Shown: positions 12,966-24,580 of the stretch, one piece after another
How the letters are laid out: each line of letters opens with the position of its first letter
How positions within the stretch are numbered: position 1 is the stretch's first letter
Assembly: GCA_023213395.1 (NCBI GenBank)
Contig: CM041465.1
Coordinates: forward strand, 187,247,741 to 187,311,740
Length of the DNA stretch: 64,000 bases
DNA from: Cycas panzhihuaensis
Taxonomy: Eukaryota; Plantae; Cycadophyta
Direction: 5' to 3'
Program-made: the position numbers and the translations under genes
Notes under the pieces: generated by a model
What the model saw: only the letters and a program-made list of their open reading frames with translations
What the model was told of the DNA's origin: nothing
Database searches by the model: none

Positions 12966-15900
12966 TCAGCCTCCCCTGTCAGCCTCCCCACTATGTGCAT
13001 CAATCCTTACTAGTCTCAGTAGCTCTTCTAGGTAGTCTTCCTTCCAGACCATAGTCCTTTTATTTGTCACAGCCCAATTTGCCAGCCAGTCTACTACTGA
13101 TTTCCCTTCCCTATAGATGTGTTGGATCTGTACACCAATTTTGGAATTCAGAACCTCTTGCATGTCTCTGATAATATCTATGTTGTTCCATATTGGATCC
13201 GCTTCCCCCCTTAAACATCTTATCACATACATAGAGTCGCCTTCAATGATCACCTTCTGTGCACCCTCCTCATCCATCAAAGCTATCGCCTTATGTATGG
13301 TCTGTACCTCTGCTTTTTGGTTTGATTGGATACCTAAGTAATCCACGAAAGCCCAATTCAGATTCCCCATATGATCCTTGCAGAGACCTCCCCCTCCTGC
13401 CTCTCTCGGATTACCTTTGGCAGCTCCATCAAAGTTAAATTTTCCCTAGGTAATATCTGGAGGGATCTATTTGATTGCTCTCCTCCCCTCTCTATCGCGC
13501 TTTGGAAGGCCTACTCGCTAATCCTCTAGGATACCTTCTTCCCCCTTAGGGATCCTGTCCTCCTTTAGGGGAACCAATATTTCTGAGATACAATTCCTTA
13601 TCTCGGCTACCAATATCACCCTATCTATCTCTTTTCCTTAAAAAATTCTCGTGTTACGTTCTTTCTAGATATTCCAAGTACCTACTGGGAGGATCATCTT
13701 CCAAATACTAATAAGCGTTTTACTCTTAAATGGAGAATCCCAAGCAATCCACTGGTCTTTTAGTGTTTTAGATGAAACCCATACTAAACCCAGCCTGGAC
13801 CAAATTTCGTTCCATATACCTTTAGAATAGGGGCAGTGAATACATAGGTGGTCCAGGGTCTTGGCTTCCTCCTTGCATAGAACACACCTATTCACCAGCT
13901 GGATGCCCCGCTTCATGAGATTATCCATTGTAAGGATTTTATTTTGTAGGTATAACCACCAAAAAGTAGCTATCTTCGGAAGGAGCCCCAGCTTCCAAAC
14001 CCCTGCCAACAGGTCATTCTTAGCCCAGCCTTCCCTGTTCATCAACAGGTTATACCCTTCTTTGACCATGTATGATCCCTTAGACGAGAGGGGTCAAACC
14101 TGAGTATCAGGAGTAGACCGCTTTAGAATGTACTGATTATCTAAAACCCCCTTCACTCTCTAAATCTCCTCCTCTAGACCTTGCAACTCCTCAAATGATC
14201 TCCATCGCCTATCCTTATCCTACCCCACCCAGTAATGCTTGATAAGAGACCCAAAGCTATTCTCGCATACCCTCTTCATGATGCCAATATTTGGTAACCC
14301 CCCTAATTTAGAGGGTTCACACCATTTGTCTTCCCAAAACCTTATGCTTTCTCCGTCCCCTAGTTTCCATCATATACCATCTTGTAAGATGGATCGCGTA
14401 GACCGAATAGCTCTCCATATAGGGGATCCCTCGAGGCAAGACTCCTCCTCCATCAGGAAATGTTTATCTCTTAAGTATTTCCTTGCCATGATGCTCCCCC
14501 AGACTGAACCAGATTCTTTGGTAAGTCTCCACCCCATCTTGGCCAAAAGAGCTACGTTAAAAAGGCCTAGCCTTCTAACATTAAATCCTCCCACCCACTT
14601 AGGCTTATAAACCTTCTCCCATGACACTAGATGGACTCTTTTTTTATCTTCAGCCCCAGACCAAAGAAATCTCTTCATAATGCCCTCTAATATAGAGATA
14701 ACCTTGCCCGGCATCTTGAAAATGGATATTTGGTAATCTGGGATGCTCTGAAGTGAGGCCACCACTAGTTGGATTTTCCCAGCCCAGCTAAGAAGTGCCC
14801 CTTTCCATCCCACTAGTTTCCTATTGAATCTACTCACAACGGGGTCCCATAGGTTCTTCCCTATCTTTCCCACAAAAAGGGGCATACCCAGATATGATGT
14901 AGGAAGGGGTCTTCTGGAGATTTCCAGAGCCCTGTTGATCCTCCTCTGCTGCCATTTTGTTGTATTGATAAAGAAGACTAAGCTTTTATCCAAGTTGATT
15001 CTTTAGTTGGTGGCCCTTTCATATGCCTAAAGACCTACTTTTAAGGCCCTAGCCTCCCCTAGGGATGCCTTGCACAGAAAGATGTTATCATCTACAAACT
15101 GGTGATGTATAATATTGTCCAAATTGGAAGATGCCTTCAAACTAGTTATCCATCCTGACCTCTGCCATGATAATAAAGAGGAAGGGAGAAAGGGGATCGT
15201 CTTGTCTTAAACCCATGGATCCAGGAAAGAAAGGTGTCGACCACCCATTTATTATCATCAAAAATGAGACCCTGGATATACAACATTTCATCTAGTCCCT
15301 CCAGACCTCCCCAAAACCAAATGCTTTTAAGCAATCCAACAGACAGTCCCAAGCCACCCTATCGTAGGCCTTGGGCATATCTGTTTTAATTATCATTCCT
15401 GCTTCCTTTCGATGAAGAGTCGAATGCAGAGTATTATGGACAGTAATAATACCATCCGTGATTTGTCTGCCCTTGACAAATTTATCTTAATTTGGAGAAA
15501 TGATAGCCGGGAGGGTCTCCCTGAGGTGATTTGCTAAGACTTTGGCCAAAATCTTATATTTTATGTTACAAAGGCTGATTGGTCTAAAATATTCCATCAC
15601 TTCTGCTCCCTCCTTCTTCGGGATCAAGACCAAAAAGGTGGCTTGCCACTCTTTCAGGATTGTCCGCCTGAGAAAGAATTCATTTAACGCTAATATTAAG
15701 TCATCCTTAATAATCTCCTAGTATTCTTGAAAAAAACTAGGAGGAAACCCATCCAGATCTAGGGCCTTATCCCTACACATTTTAAATAAGGTATTCTCGA
15801 CTTCTTCCTAAGAGAATGGCTTTGTCAGTTTGTTGTTAAGAGCCTCAGAAATCACCTTCAGAATGTGTTGCATAAGACCAGCCCTTAGGTCAGGATCCTG

Positions 15901-17142
15901 GCATCCATATTCTGTGTATAGCTCCTTAAAATATTCCAATGTAATACCACCAAACTGATCCTCCGACTCATGCATCACCCCATCCATACTTCAAAGTTTA
16001 CTGATCCTGTTATGAGCCCTGTGCTTCAAGGTGGACAGATGGAAGAACTTGGTATTTCTGTCCCCCTCCCTAATCCACTGCTCTTTGGATTTCTGTTTCC
16101 AGAGGATTTCCTCCCTAGCCAACACCTCTTCTAATTTTTTGGTGGTGAGGTGTTCAGTTTGATCCAAGTCCTGGGTCCTTCCCTCTATTTGGATCCTATC
16201 CTCGATCCCTTTTAACTCCGACAGTAGGGCAGCTTTGTCTTCAAAGATATTTCCAAAGACCTCCTTGTTCCATATCTTAATTTATTTTTTGATCCAATTT
16301 AACTTCTTCAAGAACCTAAACATAGCACATCCGTGAACCGAGACTCCCCACCACTTGCCAATCTGCCCCCTAAGGTCTGGATGCTTTTGCCACATGAGTT
16401 CGAAATGGAAGGGGGCCCCTTTATAATTACCTGGAACGGACCCGTCGAGAACTAGGGGGGAGTGGTCCAAACTAGACTTCGGTAGAGCCTCTAGATTAGT
16501 TCCTTCGAAGTGGCAGGACCACTCATAGTTTGTTAACATCCTGTCTAATCTGCACTGTATGTGATTATGTCCTAAATAGCTGTTGGACCAGGTATACCTA
16601 GCTCCCCTGAGGGGAACGTCCATCAGGCCTCCCACTTGTAAAAACTCTCCAAGATCAGACATGCTTATGGTCCATCTAGTTTGCCCCCCTATCTTTTCTT
16701 CTAGGCTTAAGGGCGTATTGAAGTCCCCCGCCACCAACTAGGGACCATCCCAATCTTTATGGGCCTCCACCAGTCTTTCCCATAAGCTCTTCCTACCCAC
16801 CACTGATGTGGGGGTATAAATGTTAGTGATCCAATACTCCTTATTAGTCTGAACACAAACCAAACCTAAGGTTATGAAGTGCTCGTGCATGCCCACTACA
16901 TAGCCTTTCCACCTATTTGGGTTCTATAGGGAGGCCACAACCCTAGAGCCTACTGCTCCTGCGACTGTCCTCCCATCTCCCCTTCTCCAGATCTTGTTGA
17001 ACACCTCTCTTTCCTTCACCTAGTCTAGTTTTATCTCTTGCAGGAGGACTACATCTGCATCAGTCCTAATCCTCAATTCCTTTACCAAACGCTACTTTGA
17101 TGGGGCATTGAGGCCCCTAATGTTCTAGGATAAGACTTTCAT
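12966..17142 (-). pseudogene. L1 ORF2 (AP endonuclease, reverse transcriptase, zf-RVT, RNase H)
   Basis: Starts MKVLS(W)NIRGLNAP. EN motifs AGDFN, RLDRML and SLDHSP. RT region ~15700-14400 with HHQFVDD. CVLCKEEAKTLDHLCIHC. RNase H motifs NFDGAAKGNP, AEV, IIEGDS and HIYREG. Nonsense and frameshift lesions present. Confidence 0.95.
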
Positions 17143-19163
17143 GGGTATCCCAGAACCCCCCCCTCATCCCTTCCTACTTCTTAGGGTAGGGCCCTCTAAT
17201 GCGCCTCCTCCTTTAATGTACTCTAGTATCCCATATCAATCTGAGCTTGTGTTTCCTTATCTCTGGAAGCCTTTTTAGGTGGTCTTCCCACCTTCTTCTC
17301 CATCCCATAGATTGGGGCCTTCTTTAGGTCCGGTATATTACCCTTTAAGACCCATTTACAAGTCCCACCTCCTCCCCTTTTCGAATCCACTACTTTAGCC
17401 CCAGTTCTAATAGCTCCTTAGACTACGACATCTACCTGCCCCTCCGTAAGGAGTGGCTCTTGAGGTCCCCCCTCTTCAGGCTCTAAAACTAATCCTCTAA
17501 GTCCCAGTTAATATTCTTCATAAGTTGAGCTAGGGCTGGCTCTATAGCTGATGGGGAGGATTCCCCTCCCCTAGACGTCCATCCAACTTCCTTTGATTGA
17601 TCTTTAGATCCCTCTGTCGGTAGTCCCCCTGCTAAGCATTAAGCTAATTCTGTGTTTCTGTCATCATCAACACCTCTGGTTTCTCCCTTTCCTGCCATAG
17701 TTTCCGCTGGTTCTTTGCTACCTTATTCCTGAGAAACCTTGTCTACCAGTTTCTCACTAACTTTTATTTTTTCTATGGGGCATACTGATGTGTGGTTAGA
17801 CTCTGCATCTGTTCCCTGGCCATTATTCTACTCAATGCCTTTAGATGCCTCATTTCCTACACCTCCTAACTGGTCCCCATCCTTATCTAGCCTTTCTGAG
17901 CCGCTAACTAGGCCCTCCCCTCTGATTACTTCTACTTCTCCATCTTCTTTCTCTTTACATTCTTCCTGCTTTTCCATCCTTGCTGGAACCCCTGGGCATT
18001 GAAAAGGGAGATGCCCCCTACATTTACACTTTTCACATCTGAAACCCTCCACTTCATAGAATAAACTTTGGATTATGGATCTATCATTTGACTCAATCTC
18101 AACCTCATCTGGGAGCTCACTATCAAGCCTAGCAAGGACGTAGAATCTTACGTTCATCAGATGGGATCTATGTTTTGTTACCGAGTCCATTGCAAGTAAA
18201 GGCCCTATCATCTTGGCCACCCCTTTAACCGTCTTTGAATTCCAGAAATGAAAGGGTAGCCCTGGCATCTGCACCCAAACTGGGACTTGTTTAACCACAT
18301 GAATCCCATGATCAAAGTCTGGGTGCCACTTCTCCAGAGACATGGCCTTCCTCCCAAACATCCATGGTGATTTAAGAAGAATAGGAATCAAATCCTCCTG
18401 ATTAGCAAACCTAAAAAGGATGCATCCGTTCGGCATTTCCATAACTTGAACCGGGTTTCTAGTTTTCTACTTATTTCTAATCCATTCTCCGATGATGTCC
18501 AACCTTGGTTTGGGGCCCGAAAACCTACCCACCAGGCTATTTTCCCAGTATTGAATGGTCTTTTCAGTGACTTCTTTTGGGATTGAGATTTTAAACCTAT
18601 TTCTAATCTTGATAGGGTATATTTCATGTTCAATATGGTTTCCATTCCTCAGTACGTCAAGGTATGTCCTCCCCAGGGATGAGGACTGAGACTAGTTTGG
18701 TATTACTTGCATCATTTAGATAACAAAAAAGAACTTACAATAACTGCATTCACTCATCACTACATAGAATCTATAGATCACTGCATATACTTGCCTCCTT
18801 CCTGCCTTAGATTTCTGCCTCTTTGGGTCTTTTGGAGTACCATGCAAGGATTAATGCTCCTATGGCCTCCACCCTCTGAAGGTTAGCAAGGTTCTATCTG
18901 GCTCCACCCTGGTCAATCTATTTATGGATGTGATGCACCTCGAGTTTGTGTGGATGAGTGGGCGCAGCCTCCTCCCTTCCTTTTTTCACTTCCACCAGGC
19001 CTTCTTTCTAGCTCGTCTTTGAGCTACCTCTATATTTGAGGCCGAGGTCCTCCCTAGCCAGGACTATCCCGCCTCTCCTTCCACTGAGACTTCCTCCGTC
19101 TGTGTCAGATCTTATGTATGCCTTGCTGTCTTCATAGCCTTGTTAAGAACCTGGTCCTTTCAT
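17139..19163 (-). pseudogene. L1 ORF1 (DUF4283-type RNA-binding domain plus CCHC knuckle)
   Basis: PWMFGRKAMSLEKWHPDF, PVWVQMPGLPFHFW and CEKCKCRGHLPFQC in ORF 17828-18442. Its stop appears to overlap the ORF2 start as ATGA. The start codon is uncertain. Confidence 0.85.
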
Positions 19164-19450
19164 GGCCTCACGCCATCGCAGAGTGCTTCTGGGGGTAGCC
19201 CCACCCTCACCTATGCCACCGTCTCCTACTAACCCTAGCTGCCAGAGCCCTTCGATGCAGTACCGTTCACCCTAACCGTTCGTCATCTTCATTTGCTCTA
19301 GCCGTTCACTCCACTCAATCTCCTTATTATTATCTTAAAAAATTCTTTCTTATCCATATTCTCTTCTAGGTTTAGTATAGATGAACTTGAGTATAGAGAA
19401 GTTATGAACATCTGCTATAAGATACTTACTGAGCCTATCTTAAATTCTAA

Positions 19451-21942
19451 ATTTAAATATTAGAGAAGTTAATTAGAGTTAGAACTTAATGAAGAACTTT
19501 CTTCATCAAACTTAACATCTTGCCTAATAGAAATAGTATGAGTAATATGATTAAAAATTCAATAAGCTTTACTTTCTTCATTATGGCTAATGAAGATATA
19601 TTTAGTACTTTTTAGATCAAGTTTTTGTCTCTTCTTTTTAGGAATATGTACCCATATAACACTTCCAAAGACTTTGAGATGTTTAACAGAAGGTTTTTGG
19701 CCTAATCACTTTTGTTCTAGAGTGGTACATGTAACCAACTTAGTAGGTAATCTATTGAGTAGGTAGATGGAGTAATGAAAAACTTCTATGCAAAGCTTTA
19801 GGTCTAAATATTTTAAATTAGCGTACAATGAGCCATTTCTACCAAGGTTTGATTTTTTCATTTTGCTACTCCATTTTGTTATGGCGTATAAGCAATAGAA
19901 TGTTGAAATCTAATGTTATTTTTCTTACAAAAGTGAGTAAGTTCATTATTGAGATATTCTTTGGCATTATTAGTAAGAATTTTTATTTTAAGATTGGATT
20001 GGTTTTCAACTAAGACTTTAAATTATAGGAATATATACAAAATTTCACTATGCTATTTGAGAATGTAAACCCAACACTTTTGAGAGAAGTCATTAATAAA
20101 GGTAACAAAGTATTTGCTTCTTGAGTAATATGTAACATGAAAAGGGCCACATATATTAGAATGAATATGTGTGATTGGTTGTGTAGCTCTAGATTTTGTT
20201 CTATATGGAAAGGGATCCATGTGTTACTTACTTAAAACATAGGCTTTATAAACACCATAGATAATGGCCAAAGGGTATAAACCTTAAACCATGTCATATT
20301 AGTTTAAAAGATGTAGCTTATCATAGCTTATATATCCAAAGTATATGTGCCATAATTAACTAACTAGATTAGATTAGAAATAAAAGAGGTGAATGACATT
20401 CTTTTAGTTGAACAAGTTAGATTTGACAAGCTATAAAGTTCACTTTTGTGATCTATAGGTCTAGAGGCAATTACTTTGAACCTATTAGAAGGTTGTTTTA
20501 TAACAAAATTATCTTTCTAGAATTCTACAACCAAATTCTTTTAACAAATTTGATACATAGATAATAAATTAGGTAGTAAGCCTCGAACACAAAACACATT
20601 ATGAATAGAACCATTTTAAAGAGAAATATCACTTGTTCCTACTACTTTGAATTAAGAACACTGCTAAAGAAGATTTCTTCTCCTAAGTAAGTTCTAGGTT
20701 AATAGGTAGAAAAATATTCTTGATGAGCTATCATATAATAGGAAGCACCAAAATCAAATATCAAAGATGGTGATTATAAAGTAGGGGTTAAGAAAGCTAG
20801 AATATAAGTAGTTAATGAGTTATGAGATTTTGGTTGAATCCCTTTGGATGCTTTCCAAGCCTTAGAGGCTATCCAATTTCTATAGATATTTATGTATGTC
20901 CCTGTCTATGATAGTATGCATAACTTGTATTTGATTATAAGTGGATTTAGGAGGATTTTTAGGTTGATATAAGTGTTAAAAATGGCCTTGTACTGAGTGC
21001 AAGTTGGGGTCACAAACTATTCTAGAGTTTGAGTTATTGAATTTGGAGTTTTGATTGATATGGTTTGGAATGGAACCTTGATATTTTTTCTAAGGTTTAA
21101 AATTGTTGTAAGTTTTAACTAAATTATGATGTTGGTTTGAAGTTTTAGGTCATTATACTAACTTAGCATTTAAAGAAAGAGCATGTGAAGGATCTTTTAT
21201 TTCACTTGTTTGAATAAACATAGGCTAGTATTCGACTAGTTAATTTGTGAGTTCATAAAAAAATATAGTTGGATGATCGTACTATTGTCTAGTAGTTTTA
21301 TAATGATTAAAGGTATTTGGTAGTTTATTTATGTCAAGATGAATGAGTGTGTTATTGTCAATGGCATGTGTTATAGTTGTTGTTTTATCCTTTTAGTAAT
21401 GATAGACTTAACATAATTACCTAAATCTATTTTATTAATTATAAGCTAGAATGAAACTCTTCAAATCTAGAAAAGTCTTTATATTTGAGATCATATAAAT
21501 TTTGTTCCAGCACTATAACTTATGTAGAATCTACTTTGTCATACTTTATTTTTAACTTATTCTAGACTTCAATAAGTATATCTAATTCAATAAACTACTA
21601 TTGGATATTAGGATATAAGGAAGTCAAAATGGTGCTCAAAGCTCCATCATAATTTATCAAATAGATAATATATACATCTAATGTTTGATTAGTAAATTGT
21701 TTGAATTCCCTCATGATATATCTCCACAACTTTTGTTATTTAAGTTGGTTAGAGACTTTAACCTTCTAGTCAGCATAATTTGAGTTAATTAATATTGAAA
21801 TTTTGGTTGTTATGTCACCCTTAGTATAAAAGCTATTTGGAATAAATGGTGGATATAAAAGTGTGTTAAATATGTTAAAAAAGCCCCTTTAAAACATTAA
21901 ACTATTTGATAAGAATTAACTTCTCTTTCCATTTGTGTTATA
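19451..21942 (-). mobile_element. Decayed Copia fragment (gag, protease, integrase)
   Basis: Minus-strand motifs: CxxCxxxGH-like knuckle remnant at ~20900, (W)IFDFGASYYM at ~20750, YLLNRLPT and HLKVFGSVIWVHIPKKKRQKLD at ~19620-19770. Confidence 0.85.
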
Positions 21943-22399
21943 TGTTGGAATAATATCGATTCTATAAATTTGTGTGAGAGGCACCTAGGAAAGGATCAGG
22001 CCACCACCAATCGACATCGGGCCACCATTAGTTGACATTGAGCCACCTCAAGCTGCCTAGAGCTAACAAGGTAAGTATTTGAATTTGAATTTATTATGTT
22101 TTTAATTTTTCCTACTAACGTTGGGTTGAGGTGGTCTCCCGCCTCCCCAAAACTATATATACATGGGGAGTACCTCCTTGGTGTTTTTAACACTGCCCTC
22201 TTTTTGGAGATTTGATTACTTTTGGAAATAATGGCTTAAGCTCACTCAACCTGCTCTGTCCTCTAGCTCCAACATTTAGTATCACAGTGCCCAACCTATT
22301 ATTTGAAATACGAACCTGTGACTCCTTTGTGAAATCTCTTTATATTATTTAGTATGTATGATATTATAAAACTATTTATGTTAATTTTTTTAAAGCCAT

Positions 22400-22605
22400 G
22401 TCCTCTCTACATTTTGTCTACATGATATCCTCATCTCACCTCTCCTTTGCATCATCGCTACATGTGAGTCTCCATCACCCAGATTCAAGAAAGCACCTAT
22501 GCACCTGCTCCGTTTCCTTTGCATCCTCTCTATACTATTGCATATATGTGTCTATTACCTCCTTTATTACCTTTTCATCCTCTCTACATTGCTATGTATA
22601 TATGA
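22400..22605 (+). repeat. Degenerate short tandem repeats in the Copia leader
   Basis: About four copies of a (TTTGCA)TCCTCTCTACA-like unit. Confidence 0.6.
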
Positions 22606-24184
22606 CCCATTGTGTTATAGGTGCCTGCTCTTCCTTTGTTACTAGTCTCACTCCCTACATATATGCATATACTTTGACTAGATTCAAACTTTCGATGGCT
22701 ATGATACTTGTGCTATGTCTGCAGTTTAACATTTGATTAAGTGGTCAGAAAGTCTATACCTTAAAGAAAGAGCCCCCCTTAGGGTCTCTAATAGAATCTA
22801 CCCCCTCTCTAGCTTTATCCCTCAGTCATATTTTAGCCCATGTGACCTTATTTAAAGGGTAGATTCAAAATTTTATATACAATTTTTTATAATTTTTATT
22901 TTTAAGAGATTTAAGTGTATTTTATATTTTTTATATCCTATCCCTCTTAGAACCCTTAGTAATTAGTTACATTGGCTTCCATGTGACTAAGGGGCTAGCT
23001 TGTGAAAGGGGATTAATACACCCACCCCCTGCCCCTTTAGTTTATTTACTCAAAATAGGTCATTGTGCATTTTCTACAATATCTTGAGATCTAGGAGTCT
23101 ATTTTCCAAATGGTTGGATCAGTCAAATTTTATTTTTGATCCTCTATGCATTGTAATAGGTTTCATTATAATTTAACACTATTTTATAGGCCTTTAAATC
23201 TAATAAAATCAAGGTTCTGGTTTAGTCCTAGTTAGACACTTTAAAAAATATTTCAAGAAAAAATTTCACTCAAACTCAATATATTTATTTAATATTGTGG
23301 TATTAATTAGTTATTGATAGCCTTTGTTTATTTATAGAGGCTTACAATTATTTTTTATAGCTATTTAGCTTTATTTCAGCCTACTAAGGTGAAGGAGCCT
23401 CGTTTGGGATCAAAACATCAAATAGGTACTCTCTATAGCTATTATTCTATATTTTTGCATATAAACTTGAATCTAAATATCTCTTAAAGCATATTTTTTA
23501 TTTACTTAAGGTTCTTTTAGCTCCTTAAAGTCTTTTAAGTTGCACTTAGATTGCATATGATTATTCAAGGAGCATTCTTTCATCACATTCTCATTGATTA
23601 AAGAGACATTTACTTGAAAATTTATATATTTCAAGCTTCTTGATTCACTAGTAAAAGGCATATTCTAATTAGTTTAAATCCATTACATTTGAAAGTTGAA
23701 AGGTGCATAATAGTGCATAGCTATAAACTTATTCTTTTATACTTTTAAGCATTTTAAGGCACATTCCATTAAGCATTTTATTTCTAAGATTTATATATTT
23801 ATTATCTTTTGAAAGAAGCATAATTTGAATAGTGTTTTCATTCCAAAAATATATCTGCCTTACATTTTAAGGAATTTCTTAGCTATTTTGATTAAGAAGG
23901 CATTTGAATAGGGAAATAAATTGTAGTCTCATTTATTTGGGTTCTTCTTTAGATCCTTAATGTCCAATCAAGCTTAAAAAAAAGAAGAAGGTGCATTTAG
24001 TTTGGATTGAAAGGAACCTTATTTATTTCATTTATATGTTCTTATTTATTGGTTATTTTTTAATTTAAAAAGAAAAGTCTTACTTATTGTTAATTTATTT
24101 TTTAATTTCTTAATTTAAAAGGAATCATTTGTTGATTAAGCAATACTACATTAATATCTATATATTTCATATTAAAAACGATAA

Positions 24185-24580
24185 TCACTCGAATTAACCT
24201 CCTTATTTCCAACCTTGTAAGGGGAATGGTTAGGACCCCTGAAGTTACCACCATGCACATACCTTTGGCCTACTCATATTAGATGAGGAACATCACTAGA
24301 TATTAAGTGTATTAGGTGGCAAACTAAGGTGAGAAACCTTTTTAATTCTAGAGTTTAGAGACTAAGGCTAGACATGAAGAGGGTGAGTGCCTTGGTTGGT
24401 AAAGCCATCACTGCTAGATCTATTACTATATATAAGACTGATGCAGGTGGACAAAGAAGTTAGCTAGATCTAGCACCTTTTTTATAGCCCATGTTTTAAG
24501 GTATATTGAGCTAAGAACTTACGTATCTATATATTAGGTCTCTAATTTTCCACTTGTGAGTATGCGCTATTAGATTGGAT
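24185..24580 (+). promoter_or_regulatory. Conserved non-coding leader block upstream of Copia gag (candidate packaging/splicing RNA element)
   Basis: Aligns with the reverse complement of ~51115-51512, and several hairpins are retained in both copies. Confidence 0.55.

Larger units (their letters stand above)
12827..19314 (-). mobile_element. Full-length plant L1 LINE, ~6.5 kb
   Basis: Poly-T (poly-A tail) to 12840. TSD TCAATCTCCTT at 12816-12826 and 19315-19325. The empty site is present in the sister repeat at ~39766. GC-richer than its flanks. Confidence 0.95.
11411..19450 (-). repeat. Tat-family terminal repeat copy (11411-12826 plus 19315-~19450), split by an L1 and truncated on the right
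   Basis: Colinear with 38344-~39900. About 80% identity in a 50-nt sample counted by hand, with mostly transitions. Confidence 0.9.

Noticed and set aside
12966-13450. Stand-alone host RNase H gene
   Set aside because: It is collinear with L1 ORF2, lies inside the TSD and is just upstream of the poly-A tail.
13117-18002. + strand ORFs (13117, 13861, 14239, 14824, 17739)
   Set aside because: Antisense shadows of L1 ORF1/ORF2 with no independent motifs.
22398-22736. 112-aa S/H-rich ORF after the Copia PBS
   Set aside because: It derives from low-complexity tandem repeats and has no counterpart in the related element at 46326-53387.
24435-24460. CTGATG resembling a hammerhead ribozyme core
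   Set aside because: It reads CUGAUGC rather than CUGANGA, has no properly placed GAAA or stems, and is absent from the second copy.
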